Positions 40,121 through 48,137 of a stretch of 53,318 nt of DNA are shown here, in pieces. How positions within the stretch are numbered: position 1 is the stretch's first letter; each line of letters opens with the position of its first letter. A program made the position numbers and the translations under genes. Below the pieces are notes generated by a model. It did not search any database, was not told the origin of the DNA, and saw only the letters and a program-made list of their open reading frames with translations. Origin of the DNA: a virus (lineage: Duplodnaviria; Caudoviricetes); IMG/VR virus record IMGVR_UViG_3300006803_000024, positions 1 to 53,318 of that record. One strand, given 5' to 3'.

Positions 40121-41389
40121 CTATGAAAAATACCTATCTGGAAGCTCTCCTCTGATGAAGAGGCGAGAACGTGGACGGGACAGTGCGACGTACTGGAGAC
40201 GTGCTGTCTGTTCCTTGTTAGTGGACTTACCGATGTCGGCGAGGTCAACGATGACGGAGTCATAGGTAGACCCCTGAGCCTTGTGCGTGGTGGATGCACT
40301 GACCGAACGGAGATCAGGATACCCGTTCTTGATCTTGAAGAAACGTTCCCAACTCTTTGATTGAGAGTAGAAACGTAGGACAGCTTCACGATCATTGTGG
40401 TCTGCGAAGGCCGTTACCGAATAGGTAACACCCGAATTCACATCTTCCACATCCATCATGATCATCCGGATCTCTTCGCCACTGACGAGAGATTTATCCA
40501 AGAAATCATCGGTGATCCGAACAACCCGGACAACTTGGTCCGTGTACAGTCGTTCTTTCCCCAGCAATTCAGCCGACGAGTTGTTCGAAAGAATTTCACC
40601 AACCTCATACGGCTCAGTGTAGGACCGGAGCTGTCGAATGAAGCTGTTGTACTGTATCACACGAGCATTTGTGTAAGAGAGTACACGCTTGCTGGCGTTC
40701 TCGATGAGGAACTCACGTTCCAGAATACCTTTGAGAGTGGTGCCATCGACAAAGTCAATCACACCGGGGACTTCTTTGATCCGGGTGAACTTGCCAGTCA
40801 GAACAGTCTGCTTGGCCTGCTCACAGAGATCCATGAGAGCTTGTTGATCCTTATTCCGAACTGGGACAGTCAGATTTCCAGTATCCATCTTCTGAGAATA
40901 GATCGGAGAGATGTGTTCTTTGACAGGAGCCAACTGGTTTTTATCCCCTACGAACAACACCTTACAGGTCGAGTCGATACCTTTGTTGATGTATTTGAAG
41001 AGATCACTGTTCACCATCGAACACTCATCAACAATGATGAGAGTCCCACTGTGGACAACCCACCGTGGGGTAGGCACGATTTTGACTGTGCCTGTGGAGA
41101 AATTTTCAGAGACTCGGAGGTTCATGTACGAATAGATCGTACCAATCTCTCCAGCTCTGTGAGTCATTGCGTCACTGAGGACGGCTGCTGCCTTGTTGGT
41201 TGTTGCTGTGATGGCAATGCTGTGCATCGTTTTGGTGGTCTGATGCTTCAGGATCCCATCAGCGATCTGGGAAATCAGAAAGGTTTTCCCCGTACCTGCA
41301 CCACCGGATACGTCCATGAATTGATCGGGTCCGTTGATGAACTGGATGACTTTCATGAACACGGCTTGTTGGTCTTTATTAAGTGCCAT
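40121..41389 (-). CDS. Dda/RecD-like SF1B DNA helicase
   Basis: GGAGTGKT, IIVDECSM, VGDKNQLAPV, TTHKAQGST, YVALSR. Confidence 0.93.
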   Translation of the reverse strand: MALNKDQQAVFMKVIQFINGPDQFMDVSGGAGTGKTFLISQIADGILKHQTTKTMHSIAITATTNKAAAVLSDAMTHRAGEIGTIYSYMNLRVSENFSTGTVKIVPTPRWVVHSGTLIIVDECSMVNSDLFKYINKGIDSTCKVLFVGDKNQLAPVKEHISPIYSQKMDTGNLTVPVRNKDQQALMDLCEQAKQTVLTGKFTRIKEVPGVIDFVDGTTLKGILEREFLIENASKRVLSYTNARVIQYNSFIRQLRSYTEPYEVGEILSNNSSAELLGKERLYTDQVVRVVRITDDFLDKSLVSGEEIRMIMMDVEDVNSGVTYSVTAFADHNDREAVLRFYSQSKSWERFFKIKNGYPDLRSVSASTTHKAQGSTYDSVIVDLADIGKSTNKEQTARLQYVALSRPRSRLFIRGELPDRYFS

Positions 41390-41481
41390 GTCTTTGATTT
41401 CCTTATTGAAGTAGACCCCCCGGCTTCTAACCGGGGAGTCCATCCCTGCCCGCAGGCTTCATTACCAAGCGTGGGAAACGC

Positions 41482-43860
41482 TTATCCGCATTTAGAGTGA
41501 CCACAGTCAGCACAGACTGGGCAGCCACCGGAGAGGTTGACGTTGAATCCTTTGCAGCTTGGACACTGCATCGGTTTTCCAACGGGAGTTGGGAAGTTCT
41601 CAGCAGCAGTCTCATCATAAACCTCGTCAACGATTTTGAGGTCTTTCAGATGCTGTTCCAATGTGGAACCAAGAAGGGCGATGAATGATGGAAGGTATTT
41701 GCCATCGACCCAGGCTCCGCCATTGGGATCCATAATGGATTTGAGATCTTCGATCACGAAGCTGATGTCCCCACCACGACGGAACACCGAACTCATCATC
41801 CGAGTCAAGGCCACAGTCCACTGGAAGTGGCTCATGTCTTGAGTGTTGATGAAGATTTCGAATGGGATGGTGTGTCCATCTTGATCGTAGTGGTTGTTGA
41901 TCGTGACGTAGAAATTGCTTTCCTGCCACTTCAGCTTGTAGGTCTGTCCAAAGAGAGACTTGTTCCGGACAATGGCAGTGTTTGTTGCCACTGGTTCAGG
42001 AGCCTCAGCCTTTTCAGGGGCTTCTTTCTTTGGTTCAGACTCGACGGACAGGACGGATCCAGTCACGTCATTCGGACGGTAGGTGGTGCAACCTTTGCAG
42101 CCCATCTGGTATGCCGACAGGTACACTTGCTCGAAGTCTTCAAACGAAATGTCTTCCGGACAGTTGATGGTCTTGGAGATTGATGAGTCCACCCACTTCT
42201 GAACTGCTGCCTGCATGACAAGGTGGTCATGGGGCTTCAGAGTCTGAGCTGTGACGAGATGTTCGGGATTGGGTTCTTTGTCCCAGCCCTTGTTCTCACG
42301 CCATTCGTTGTACAGGCCAACACCGTAGTCGTAGATGACTTCTTCACGCTTCGACCCATCCTTCTCCAACACCTTGCGGGTGTAGCTTGGAGCGAAGATA
42401 GGTTCGACACCTGAGCTGACGTTGCCAGCGTACAGAGAGATCGTTCCAGTCGGAGCGATGGAAGTCAGAAGAGCGTTCCGGATCCCGTGATCCAACACAC
42501 CCTGACGGATGTCGTCAGGCATGTCGATCATGAAACCAGAGTTGATGAAGCTCTCCCGTTGGGCCTTGGTCTTTGTCACCGGGCATGGGCCGAGAAGTTT
42601 GGCCAGCTCGATAGACCGACGGTATGCTTTCAGGGTGATGAGCTTCATCACACGTTCAGCGATCTCTGCTGCTTCAGGAGAACCGTACTTGATGTTCATC
42701 ATGAAGAGCATGTCGGCCAGACCAGTAATCCCAATGCCCATACGACGTTTGGCTTTCGCTTCGGCCTTCTGTTCAGGGATCGGGAAGTTGCTGATGTCAA
42801 TGATTGAGTCCAGCATATCGACTGCTTGCTCGGTCAAGAACTCCAGCTTCTTGGTGTCCACACCATTCGTATTTTCGAAAGGATCTGTCACAACCTGGGT
42901 CAGGTTGATCGAACCAAGAAGACATGCACCATAGGGTGGTAGAGGTTGCTCACCACAGGGGTTCGTGGCCGAGATTTCTTCCACGTACCAGAGGTTGTTT
43001 TTCTTGTTGATGCGGTCGATGAACAACACACCGGGTTCGGCATAGTTGTAGGTCGATTCCATCATCAATTTCCAGAGATCACGGGCCTTGACTGTCTTGT
43101 AGACGTAGACTGTGCGTCCATCATATTCCCGTGGTTTAACACCGGTTCCCGGATCCACTTCGTGGACCAGATCCCAGCTCTGGTTGTTCTGCACTGCGTG
43201 CATGAACTTGTCAGTGGCCAAGACCGAGACGTTGAACATGCGAAGACGATTGGAATCACGCTTTGCAGTGATGAAGTCTTCCACATCCGGGTGATCACAC
43301 CGCATGGTTGCCATCATGGCTCCACGACGGCTGCCAGCACTCATCACAGTGCGACACATGGCGTCCCAGACATCCATGAAAGTTAGAGGACCACTGGCAT
43401 CAGCGTCCACCCCTTTGACGGGGCTGTCCTTGGGCCGGAGAGGGCTGAAGTCATAGCCGATGCCACCGCCTTGCTGCATGGTCAAGGCTGCTTCCTTGAG
43501 CATGTCAAAGATTCCCCCCATTGAGTCAGGGATGGTTCCCATCACGTAGCAGTTGAAGAGAGTGACATTGCGTCCAGAACCAGCACCGGCTGTGATACGA
43601 CCGGCAGGCAGGAAGCCAAAGTTGTTGAGAGCTTTGCGGAATTTCTCAAGACGATAGGCTTGAAGAACCTCAAGTTCGCCTTCTTCAAGTTTCACTCCGT
43701 TGAGTTGGAGTGGTGAGAAGGCACACGCTGAGGCAATCCGGTTCCAGGTGTCTTGGACATTGCTGTCATCCTGGATGTCTGGATTGGGTGTGATCAGACG
43801 GTATTTGGCGTTCCAAATCTGCTCACAGATGGGTTGAGGGAAGGGGTTGTTTGATGACAT
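41482..43860 (-). CDS. nrdJ: Class II (adenosylcobalamin-dependent) ribonucleotide reductase with TSCPD and Zn-ribbon domains
   Basis: PAGRI, LFNCYV, GGGIGYDFS.LRP, TNPCGEQPL, CLLGSINL, IAPTGT, PFEIFIN, CPSC...CADCGHSKCG. Confidence 0.95.
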   Translation of the reverse strand: MSSNNPFPQPICEQIWNAKYRLITPNPDIQDDSNVQDTWNRIASACAFSPLQLNGVKLEEGELEVLQAYRLEKFRKALNNFGFLPAGRITAGAGSGRNVTLFNCYVMGTIPDSMGGIFDMLKEAALTMQQGGGIGYDFSPLRPKDSPVKGVDADASGPLTFMDVWDAMCRTVMSAGSRRGAMMATMRCDHPDVEDFITAKRDSNRLRMFNVSVLATDKFMHAVQNNQSWDLVHEVDPGTGVKPREYDGRTVYVYKTVKARDLWKLMMESTYNYAEPGVLFIDRINKKNNLWYVEEISATNPCGEQPLPPYGACLLGSINLTQVVTDPFENTNGVDTKKLEFLTEQAVDMLDSIIDISNFPIPEQKAEAKAKRRMGIGITGLADMLFMMNIKYGSPEAAEIAERVMKLITLKAYRRSIELAKLLGPCPVTKTKAQRESFINSGFMIDMPDDIRQGVLDHGIRNALLTSIAPTGTISLYAGNVSSGVEPIFAPSYTRKVLEKDGSKREEVIYDYGVGLYNEWRENKGWDKEPNPEHLVTAQTLKPHDHLVMQAAVQKWVDSSISKTINCPEDISFEDFEQVYLSAYQMGCKGCTTYRPNDVTGSVLSVESEPKKEAPEKAEAPEPVATNTAIVRNKSLFGQTYKLKWQESNFYVTINNHYDQDGHTIPFEIFINTQDMSHFQWTVALTRMMSSVFRRGGDISFVIEDLKSIMDPNGGAWVDGKYLPSFIALLGSTLEQHLKDLKIVDEVYDETAAENFPTPVGKPMQCPSCKGFNVNLSGGCPVCADCGHSKCG

Positions 43861-43956
43861 GGCTGTCAGTCTCCTTGATTTAGATCAATTTTGTGGGGTA
43901 GTTTAGGGATACGTTGTTAAGCACGACAGTCACTATCAATCCAGAGGAAAAATCGC

Positions 43957-44160
43957 ATGACCTCCATTAACAAACTTACCATTAAACAAGTCGCTGAAAT
44001 CAAAGCAAGAATTCTTGCTGGAGAGTATCAGCATGTTTTGGCTGCTGAGTACGAATTGAATCAGGGACGGATCAATGAGATCGCCAAAGGGAAGCGGTTC
44101 GCATATGTACCACCTGCCAAATCGTACAAGAAAGGTTCGGGTTCACGCCCTAAGCCTTGA
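43957..44160 (+). CDS. Small HTH DNA-binding protein, opposite in orientation to its neighbours
   Basis: AGAGG RBS; KLT..QV.EIK...GEYQ..LA.EY.LNQ..I..I..GK HTH pattern. Confidence 0.65.
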   Translation: MTSINKLTIKQVAEIKARILAGEYQHVLAAEYELNQGRINEIAKGKRFAYVPPAKSYKKGSGSRPKP

Positions 44161-44217
44161 AAAAAGAAAAGCCTCCACCGATCCCGTAGGAGGAAAAATC
44201 AGCGGAGGCTTTGTTTG
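44160..44217. terminator. Probable bidirectional terminator
   Basis: AAAAGCCTCC...GGAGGCTTTGTTT with A and T tracts on both sides, between convergent genes. Confidence 0.6.
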
Positions 44218-44244
44218 TCAGAAAACTAAGCATGTTTTTTCCTT

Positions 44245-44748
44245 TCACGGGAGGATGGATGTGATGGCCTTGTCCATCTCATCAAGGGACATTGACCCGA
44301 AGTTGAAGACAGGGATGCAGTAATGATCAGCCATGCGTAGAGCTTGACCTGTACCACCGACGGCCTTGCCTCCGGGAGTCCAGCAGACAATGAAGTCTGT
44401 CGGAGTTTTGAGATCAAGTCCCAGCACCTGATAGGCATTACGGGCCATGAAGTCTCGACCGGTACAACCAAGGTTGACCCAGTTTGGATGAAACTTGCTT
44501 GTGAGAAGGCGAGCTTCCTTGGTAGAACCAAAAAGAAGAGACTCGTTCCTGTTGAATACACGGTAGGGTAGATAGATTTCCATCTTCCCATTCTTGTTGA
44601 CGCAGCCAAGCTCAAAAGCTGTGTCTGCACCCGGTGCTCCACCAGATCGTAGAGTGTGACCCCAAGACGCCATGTAGCGTCCGAGTGAGGTCATCTTGTC
44701 CTTAATATCTGGAGGAGTCTCTCTTGAACCGATTCCAGTGTAAATCAT
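44245..44748 (-). CDS. SLOG/DprA-like Rossmann-fold protein
   Basis: YTGIGSRETP, LRSGGAPGAD, RNAYQVLG, VCWT, GGTGQA. Confidence 0.8.
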   Translation of the reverse strand: MIYTGIGSRETPPDIKDKMTSLGRYMASWGHTLRSGGAPGADTAFELGCVNKNGKMEIYLPYRVFNRNESLLFGSTKEARLLTSKFHPNWVNLGCTGRDFMARNAYQVLGLDLKTPTDFIVCWTPGGKAVGGTGQALRMADHYCIPVFNFGSMSLDEMDKAITSILP

Positions 44749-44981
44749 GTCAGATAATGCTTCTCGCCACAGGGAATGACTTCCCCTTTGTTGATGGAAC
44801 GCCAATAGAATTTCTCACGACGAGCATTATTACGCTCATGTTCGTTGAGAATATCAGCACTATACTCAGCACGAGTGTCTGTGCTTTCGGACTGGAGAAT
44901 GACCTCACTACCATACTGATTCAGGTAGCAGACAAGGAAGTTTTCTCCCAACCAGATAGCATCATTCCGACGACCACTCAT
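44745..44981 (-). CDS. Hypothetical protein (78 aa)
   Basis: ATGA overlaps at both ends. Confidence 0.55.
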   Translation of the reverse strand: MSGRRNDAIWLGENFLVCYLNQYGSEVILQSESTDTRAEYSADILNEHERNNARREKFYWRSINKGEVIPCGEKHYLT

Positions 44982-45154
44982 GAGAGTATCGGTTGGTAAG
45001 GACGACCACGGAAGATGGCCTTGTACCGAAGAGCTTCTTGGTTTTTCAACCACTTACGATATTCTTCTGTGTCCCTCGCAGTGGTTTGTTTGGCCAAATT
45101 AACGGCCAGATTCAGCACTGGATAGCACACGGTACAGAGTAGAGTTTTTCGCAT
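44978..45154 (-). CDS. Hypothetical 58-aa protein not in the ORF track (MRKTLLCTVCYPVLN...QPILS)
   Basis: AGGAG RBS 7 nt upstream; its stop overlaps the next ATG (ATGA); it overlaps the HNH 3' end. Confidence 0.5.
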   Translation of the reverse strand: MRKTLLCTVCYPVLNLAVNLAKQTTARDTEEYRKWLKNQEALRYKAIFRGRPYQPILS

Positions 45155-45497
45155 TGGCTTTCTCCTGATTGCGAGCGTCTCTTCGACGCTGGTTCTCTTT
45201 GTGTGTCACCATCTCAAGATGATCTGGGTTCACACACATACGGTTATTACACAGATGGTCTATCTGCTTTTTTCCCGGCACGAAACCATTCTTGTTCACG
45301 AATGAGACAATGTGAACGGCGACTGTCTGGCCATTTAGCGACATGCGGGGGTATCCTCCCCCTCTTCCGGTGCCTGAATCGGACCCCTGCCAGATGTGAC
45401 AGGGATCCCGTCGACCATTCAGTCTGAAGCCAAGATACCGGATCACGACGTTGTCCATGATCTTCTCATGGATGTCTGTTCTCCGGCACATGATCAC
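45099..45497 (-). CDS. HNH endonuclease
   Basis: CHIWQG, GYP, VH..SF, IDHLCNNRMCVNPDHLE.VT..EN. Confidence 0.88.
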   Translation of the reverse strand: MIMCRRTDIHEKIMDNVVIRYLGFRLNGRRDPCHIWQGSDSGTGRGGGYPRMSLNGQTVAVHIVSFVNKNGFVPGKKQIDHLCNNRMCVNPDHLEMVTHKENQRRRDARNQEKANAKNSTLYRVLSSAESGR

Positions 45498-46066
45498 AAC
45501 CGCTCAGTTACGAGACGACGACCCTTGAAGACCCCTTTGGGGTTGCGGTTCTTGGTCTCGGTTTCCAACACAACGTAGATGTTGTTGCTGTCAGAGATCA
45601 GCATGTCACCGACCTGCACATCGACGCCCGGAGGGACTTTGTAATGGCAGGAATAGTTGTTTTCCGTGGCCTTCACCCGGAAGGTGTCCGGGATGTCCTC
45701 TTCGAGTTGATAAAGCTTGAAGGTTTTGATCTCACCACTGTCCAGTTCGAGGATTATGTCCCCGTTGGAGGTGGTGTTCATGTAGACGCCAGCTTGAGGA
45801 GCGCCTTTGGTGGTGCGGTAACGACGAGGCATGATGTAGTTCCATTCTGTGTTGATGGGTTTGCCGTCCCAGGCTGTGAAGTCTGATACATGACGGTGAT
45901 ACGAATTGGCTTCACGATAGTTCTTGTAATGCCAAGGGGTGATTCTGTAATAGTCTTCACGACGAGCGTAGACGGCATACAGCTCTTCGGCCTCACTGAT
46001 GTGAAGGACGATCATCGGGGTCCGGCCCCGGTTGAGACGCACTATATCTCCAACTCTATGGGTCAT
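45494..46066 (-). CDS. Hypothetical protein
   Basis: GGAG RBS before ATG 46066; N-terminal VGDIVRL SH3/KOW-like motif. Confidence 0.6.
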   Translation of the reverse strand: MTHRVGDIVRLNRGRTPMIVLHISEAEELYAVYARREDYYRITPWHYKNYREANSYHRHVSDFTAWDGKPINTEWNYIMPRRYRTTKGAPQAGVYMNTTSNGDIILELDSGEIKTFKLYQLEEDIPDTFRVKATENNYSCHYKVPPGVDVQVGDMLISDSNNIYVVLETETKNRNPKGVFKGRRLVTERL

Positions 46067-46067
46067 C

Positions 46068-46235
46068 TTAGATGACTCCAAAGAAGAGCATCAGTCCACG
46101 GATTGTTCCAACAGGACCAACAAATATGTCAGCCATGAGCCATCCGATATTACTGTTGCTTGCATCATGGATTACAGCAGTGAGCCACATGGCAAACACA
46201 AAAAGAGCGAATACGAGTATAGTGAGTTCTTTCAT
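46068..46235 (-). CDS. Small membrane protein (55 aa)
   Basis: AGGAG RBS; two hydrophobic segments; PVG.IRG motif. Confidence 0.6.
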   Translation of the reverse strand: MKELTILVFALFVFAMWLTAVIHDASNSNIGWLMADIFVGPVGTIRGLMLFFGVI

Positions 46236-46312
46236 CTTAATTCTCCTACGAAGGTTAAATTTTCCCCAGATTTTGCTTGCACACATTAGAACAAATAGAG
46301 AACGGGGTATTT

Positions 46313-46449
46313 AGTCTGGCCCCCTGCCTTGTCAGTCATCGGATTACTTTTTCGCTTATGTCCATGGAGCGACTAGCTGTCTTATACCGAGGGTGAGGGG
46401 TTGGAGCATGGACTAATCCGTTGCTGCCAAACTGGTTTCCGAAGAAACC
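46313..46449 (-). ncRNA. Candidate structured RNA domain: UUCG hairpin plus a long nested hairpin
   Basis: GGTTTC-TTCG-GAAACC, then nested stems AGTTTGGC/GCCAGACT, CGGATTA/TAATCCG and GTCCATG/CATGGAC. Confidence 0.5.
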
Positions 46450-46450
46450 A

Positions 46451-46488
46451 AAAAAGAAAAACCCTACCGGATCTCTCCGATAGGGTTT
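46451..46488 (-). terminator. Rho-independent terminator
   Basis: AAACCCTATCGGA-GAGA-TCCGGTAGGGTTTTTCTTTTTT. Confidence 0.8.
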
Positions 46489-46675
46489 GGTCAGCTCCAG
46501 CAACTGTCAGAATCACGGATTAGCATCCGCTCCTTAACAGCGACTGGTCACTGTGATCAGGTATCCCAGTGCCAGCAAGTTCGCACTAATGACAGTTTTG
46601 AGGCTGTCCTCTAGCCGCCTTCCACTGCTCCATGCAGGGCGCGAAAAACCGACTGGTCACTGAGAATGTGGAAGG
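46489..46675 (-). ncRNA. Candidate ~200-nt small RNA with a 13-nt direct repeat
   Basis: No long ORF; bounded by a promoter and a terminator; multiple hairpins; CAGTGACCAGTCG occurs twice (46650-46662 and 46541-46553). Confidence 0.55.
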
Positions 46676-46676
46676 T

Positions 46677-46705
46677 GACTTAGATCAAGAGGGATCTTCT
46701 GTCAA
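46677..46705 (-). promoter_or_regulatory. sigma70-type promoter
   Basis: Perfect TTGACA, 17-nt spacer, TAAGTC; directly downstream of a terminator. Confidence 0.6.
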
Positions 46706-46716
46706 CTTAAAAACCA

Positions 46717-46743
46717 AGAAAAAGCCGGGGAAAGACCCCGGCT
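46717..46743 (-). terminator. Rho-independent terminator
   Basis: AGCCGGGG-TCTTT-CCCCGGCT followed by TTTTCTT. Confidence 0.8.
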
Positions 46744-46755
46744 GATTCCCTCTTG

Positions 46756-46866
46756 TCATTCCGCTGTGAACCAGCGTTCGTACAGGGCTTTGACCCAAGT
46801 CGGTTGAGGAAGAACGTTCCATCCGACGATGAGTCCTGCCCCGAAGAACAGGATTGCTTCGATCAT
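46756..46866 (-). CDS. 36-aa membrane peptide not in the ORF track (MIEAILFFGAGLIVGWNVLPQPTWVKALYERWFTAE)
   Basis: ATGA overlap with the upstream phosphoesterase stop; AAGG upstream; ends just before a terminator. Confidence 0.65.
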   Translation of the reverse strand: MIEAILFFGAGLIVGWNVLPQPTWVKALYERWFTAE

Positions 46867-48023
46867 AGGAATACCTTTCGTGGTTTGTCCTGAAGGAGTA
46901 GAGGCTTCAAGTTTACCTTTTTGCGGTCCACTTCGCCATCCTCTTTGTGCAGAGTGACTGCACAGATCCCTCCACGGGTGAAGAGACCCTTCATTTGCGC
47001 CCAGTTGTTGGGTTTGGCCAAGGTCCGGAAGTGCTCTGCATCAGCCCCTACGAGCTGTTTTTGCTTGTCGTGGTGGACGTGAGCTGTCCAGATGAACCGC
47101 CAATACTTGGCCTTGGCCCATGCGTCTGGGAACTGGTCTGAGAAGACATCCTTGAGGCTTTCCCATTTGCATTTGTCCCCGTGGTGAGGGAACACAGCAC
47201 ACTTGCCCCAGGGAATCACACGGAAGTTGTCATCACTGACAACCACATTCACACGAGGATCGTCTTTGAAATGGGCATCCAGAGCCACCATGACACCGAT
47301 ATAAGCTGTTTCGTCATGGTTCCCCCGGAGAAGGTGGACTTCGACTTCCTGATGCTTCTGGAGGAGTAGACCGATGGTATAACGCATGATGTTCATGGCA
47401 TTGATCGTGTTGTCGAGATGGTTTTCCCGAATCACATCACATTCGTTGCCAGAAGCAGGAGTCAATCCTTTGTGATCATTGGCGTCCAAGAGGTCGCCCA
47501 TGTCCAGTAGGACTGCTTTGTGAGCCAGAGGAAGATTGTGCATCAAGCGGGTGATTGCTGCATACACTGCGTCGAGGTACTTGGGATCCCCGTATTGTCC
47601 GCCAACGTGAAGATCACACAGGGGGATGAAGTTGCAGAGGTCTTTGGGTAGCTCATAGGTGGGAGGAGGCGTAGGAGCGGCTCGTGGAGCCTGTGTGAGA
47701 GCGTCAATGAGGGTCTGTGCTACATCGACTGGTTCTTCTTCTTCTGGTTTGATCTGGTAGCGTACAGAGTTCCGTACAATCGTACCATCAGAGAGGGTTT
47801 CCTGAACGATTCGCCAACCACCAGTGACAACCCTTCCACCCAGACCAGTTGCGTCCATTGCTGATTGAAGTCCGGGATCTGCCTCCTCGTAGACTAGAGC
47901 AGCTCTGATTGACTCGGTGATTGTGGAACGATGAACCCCGGCAATTTCGGCTACTTTGGAGAAGTTCTCGTCATGCTCACGCCACAGTTTGAGACGTTCC
48001 GCTTGAATCGGAGTAATGGGCAT
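46863..48023 (-). CDS. Calcineurin-like metallophosphoesterase with an N-terminal HTH
   Basis: DLHVG, MGDLLD, RGNHD, HHGD, AHVHH motifs; N-terminal SKVAEIAGVHRSTI HTH. Confidence 0.85.
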   Translation of the reverse strand: MPITPIQAERLKLWREHDENFSKVAEIAGVHRSTITESIRAALVYEEADPGLQSAMDATGLGGRVVTGGWRIVQETLSDGTIVRNSVRYQIKPEEEEPVDVAQTLIDALTQAPRAAPTPPPTYELPKDLCNFIPLCDLHVGGQYGDPKYLDAVYAAITRLMHNLPLAHKAVLLDMGDLLDANDHKGLTPASGNECDVIRENHLDNTINAMNIMRYTIGLLLQKHQEVEVHLLRGNHDETAYIGVMVALDAHFKDDPRVNVVVSDDNFRVIPWGKCAVFPHHGDKCKWESLKDVFSDQFPDAWAKAKYWRFIWTAHVHHDKQKQLVGADAEHFRTLAKPNNWAQMKGLFTRGGICAVTLHKEDGEVDRKKVNLKPLLLQDKPRKVFL

Positions 48024-48071
48024 ATGGCCATCCTTACTTTTATTATAGAAAGATGTGGACAACCATTGGGT

Positions 48072-48125
48072 GAAACATACCGTGGTAAGAGACTCACACT
48101 AGGTGTGACTACCACGGTATGTTTC
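48072..48125. repeat. Perfect 16-bp inverted repeat enclosing a second 6-bp hairpin
   Basis: GAAACATACCGTGGTA ... TCACAC-TAG-GTGTGA ... TACCACGGTATGTTTC. Confidence 0.85.
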
Positions 48126-48137
48126 TGCTTTCAAAGC

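Noticed and set aside
46541-46662. Mini CRISPR array
   Set aside because: Only two 13-nt repeats separated by 96 nt; wrong dimensions and no cas genes.
46313-46680. Retron msr/msd, known riboswitch or hammerhead ribozyme
   Set aside because: No reverse transcriptase in the window, and no consensus core recognised (e.g. CTGANGA...GAAA, cobalamin or SAM boxes).
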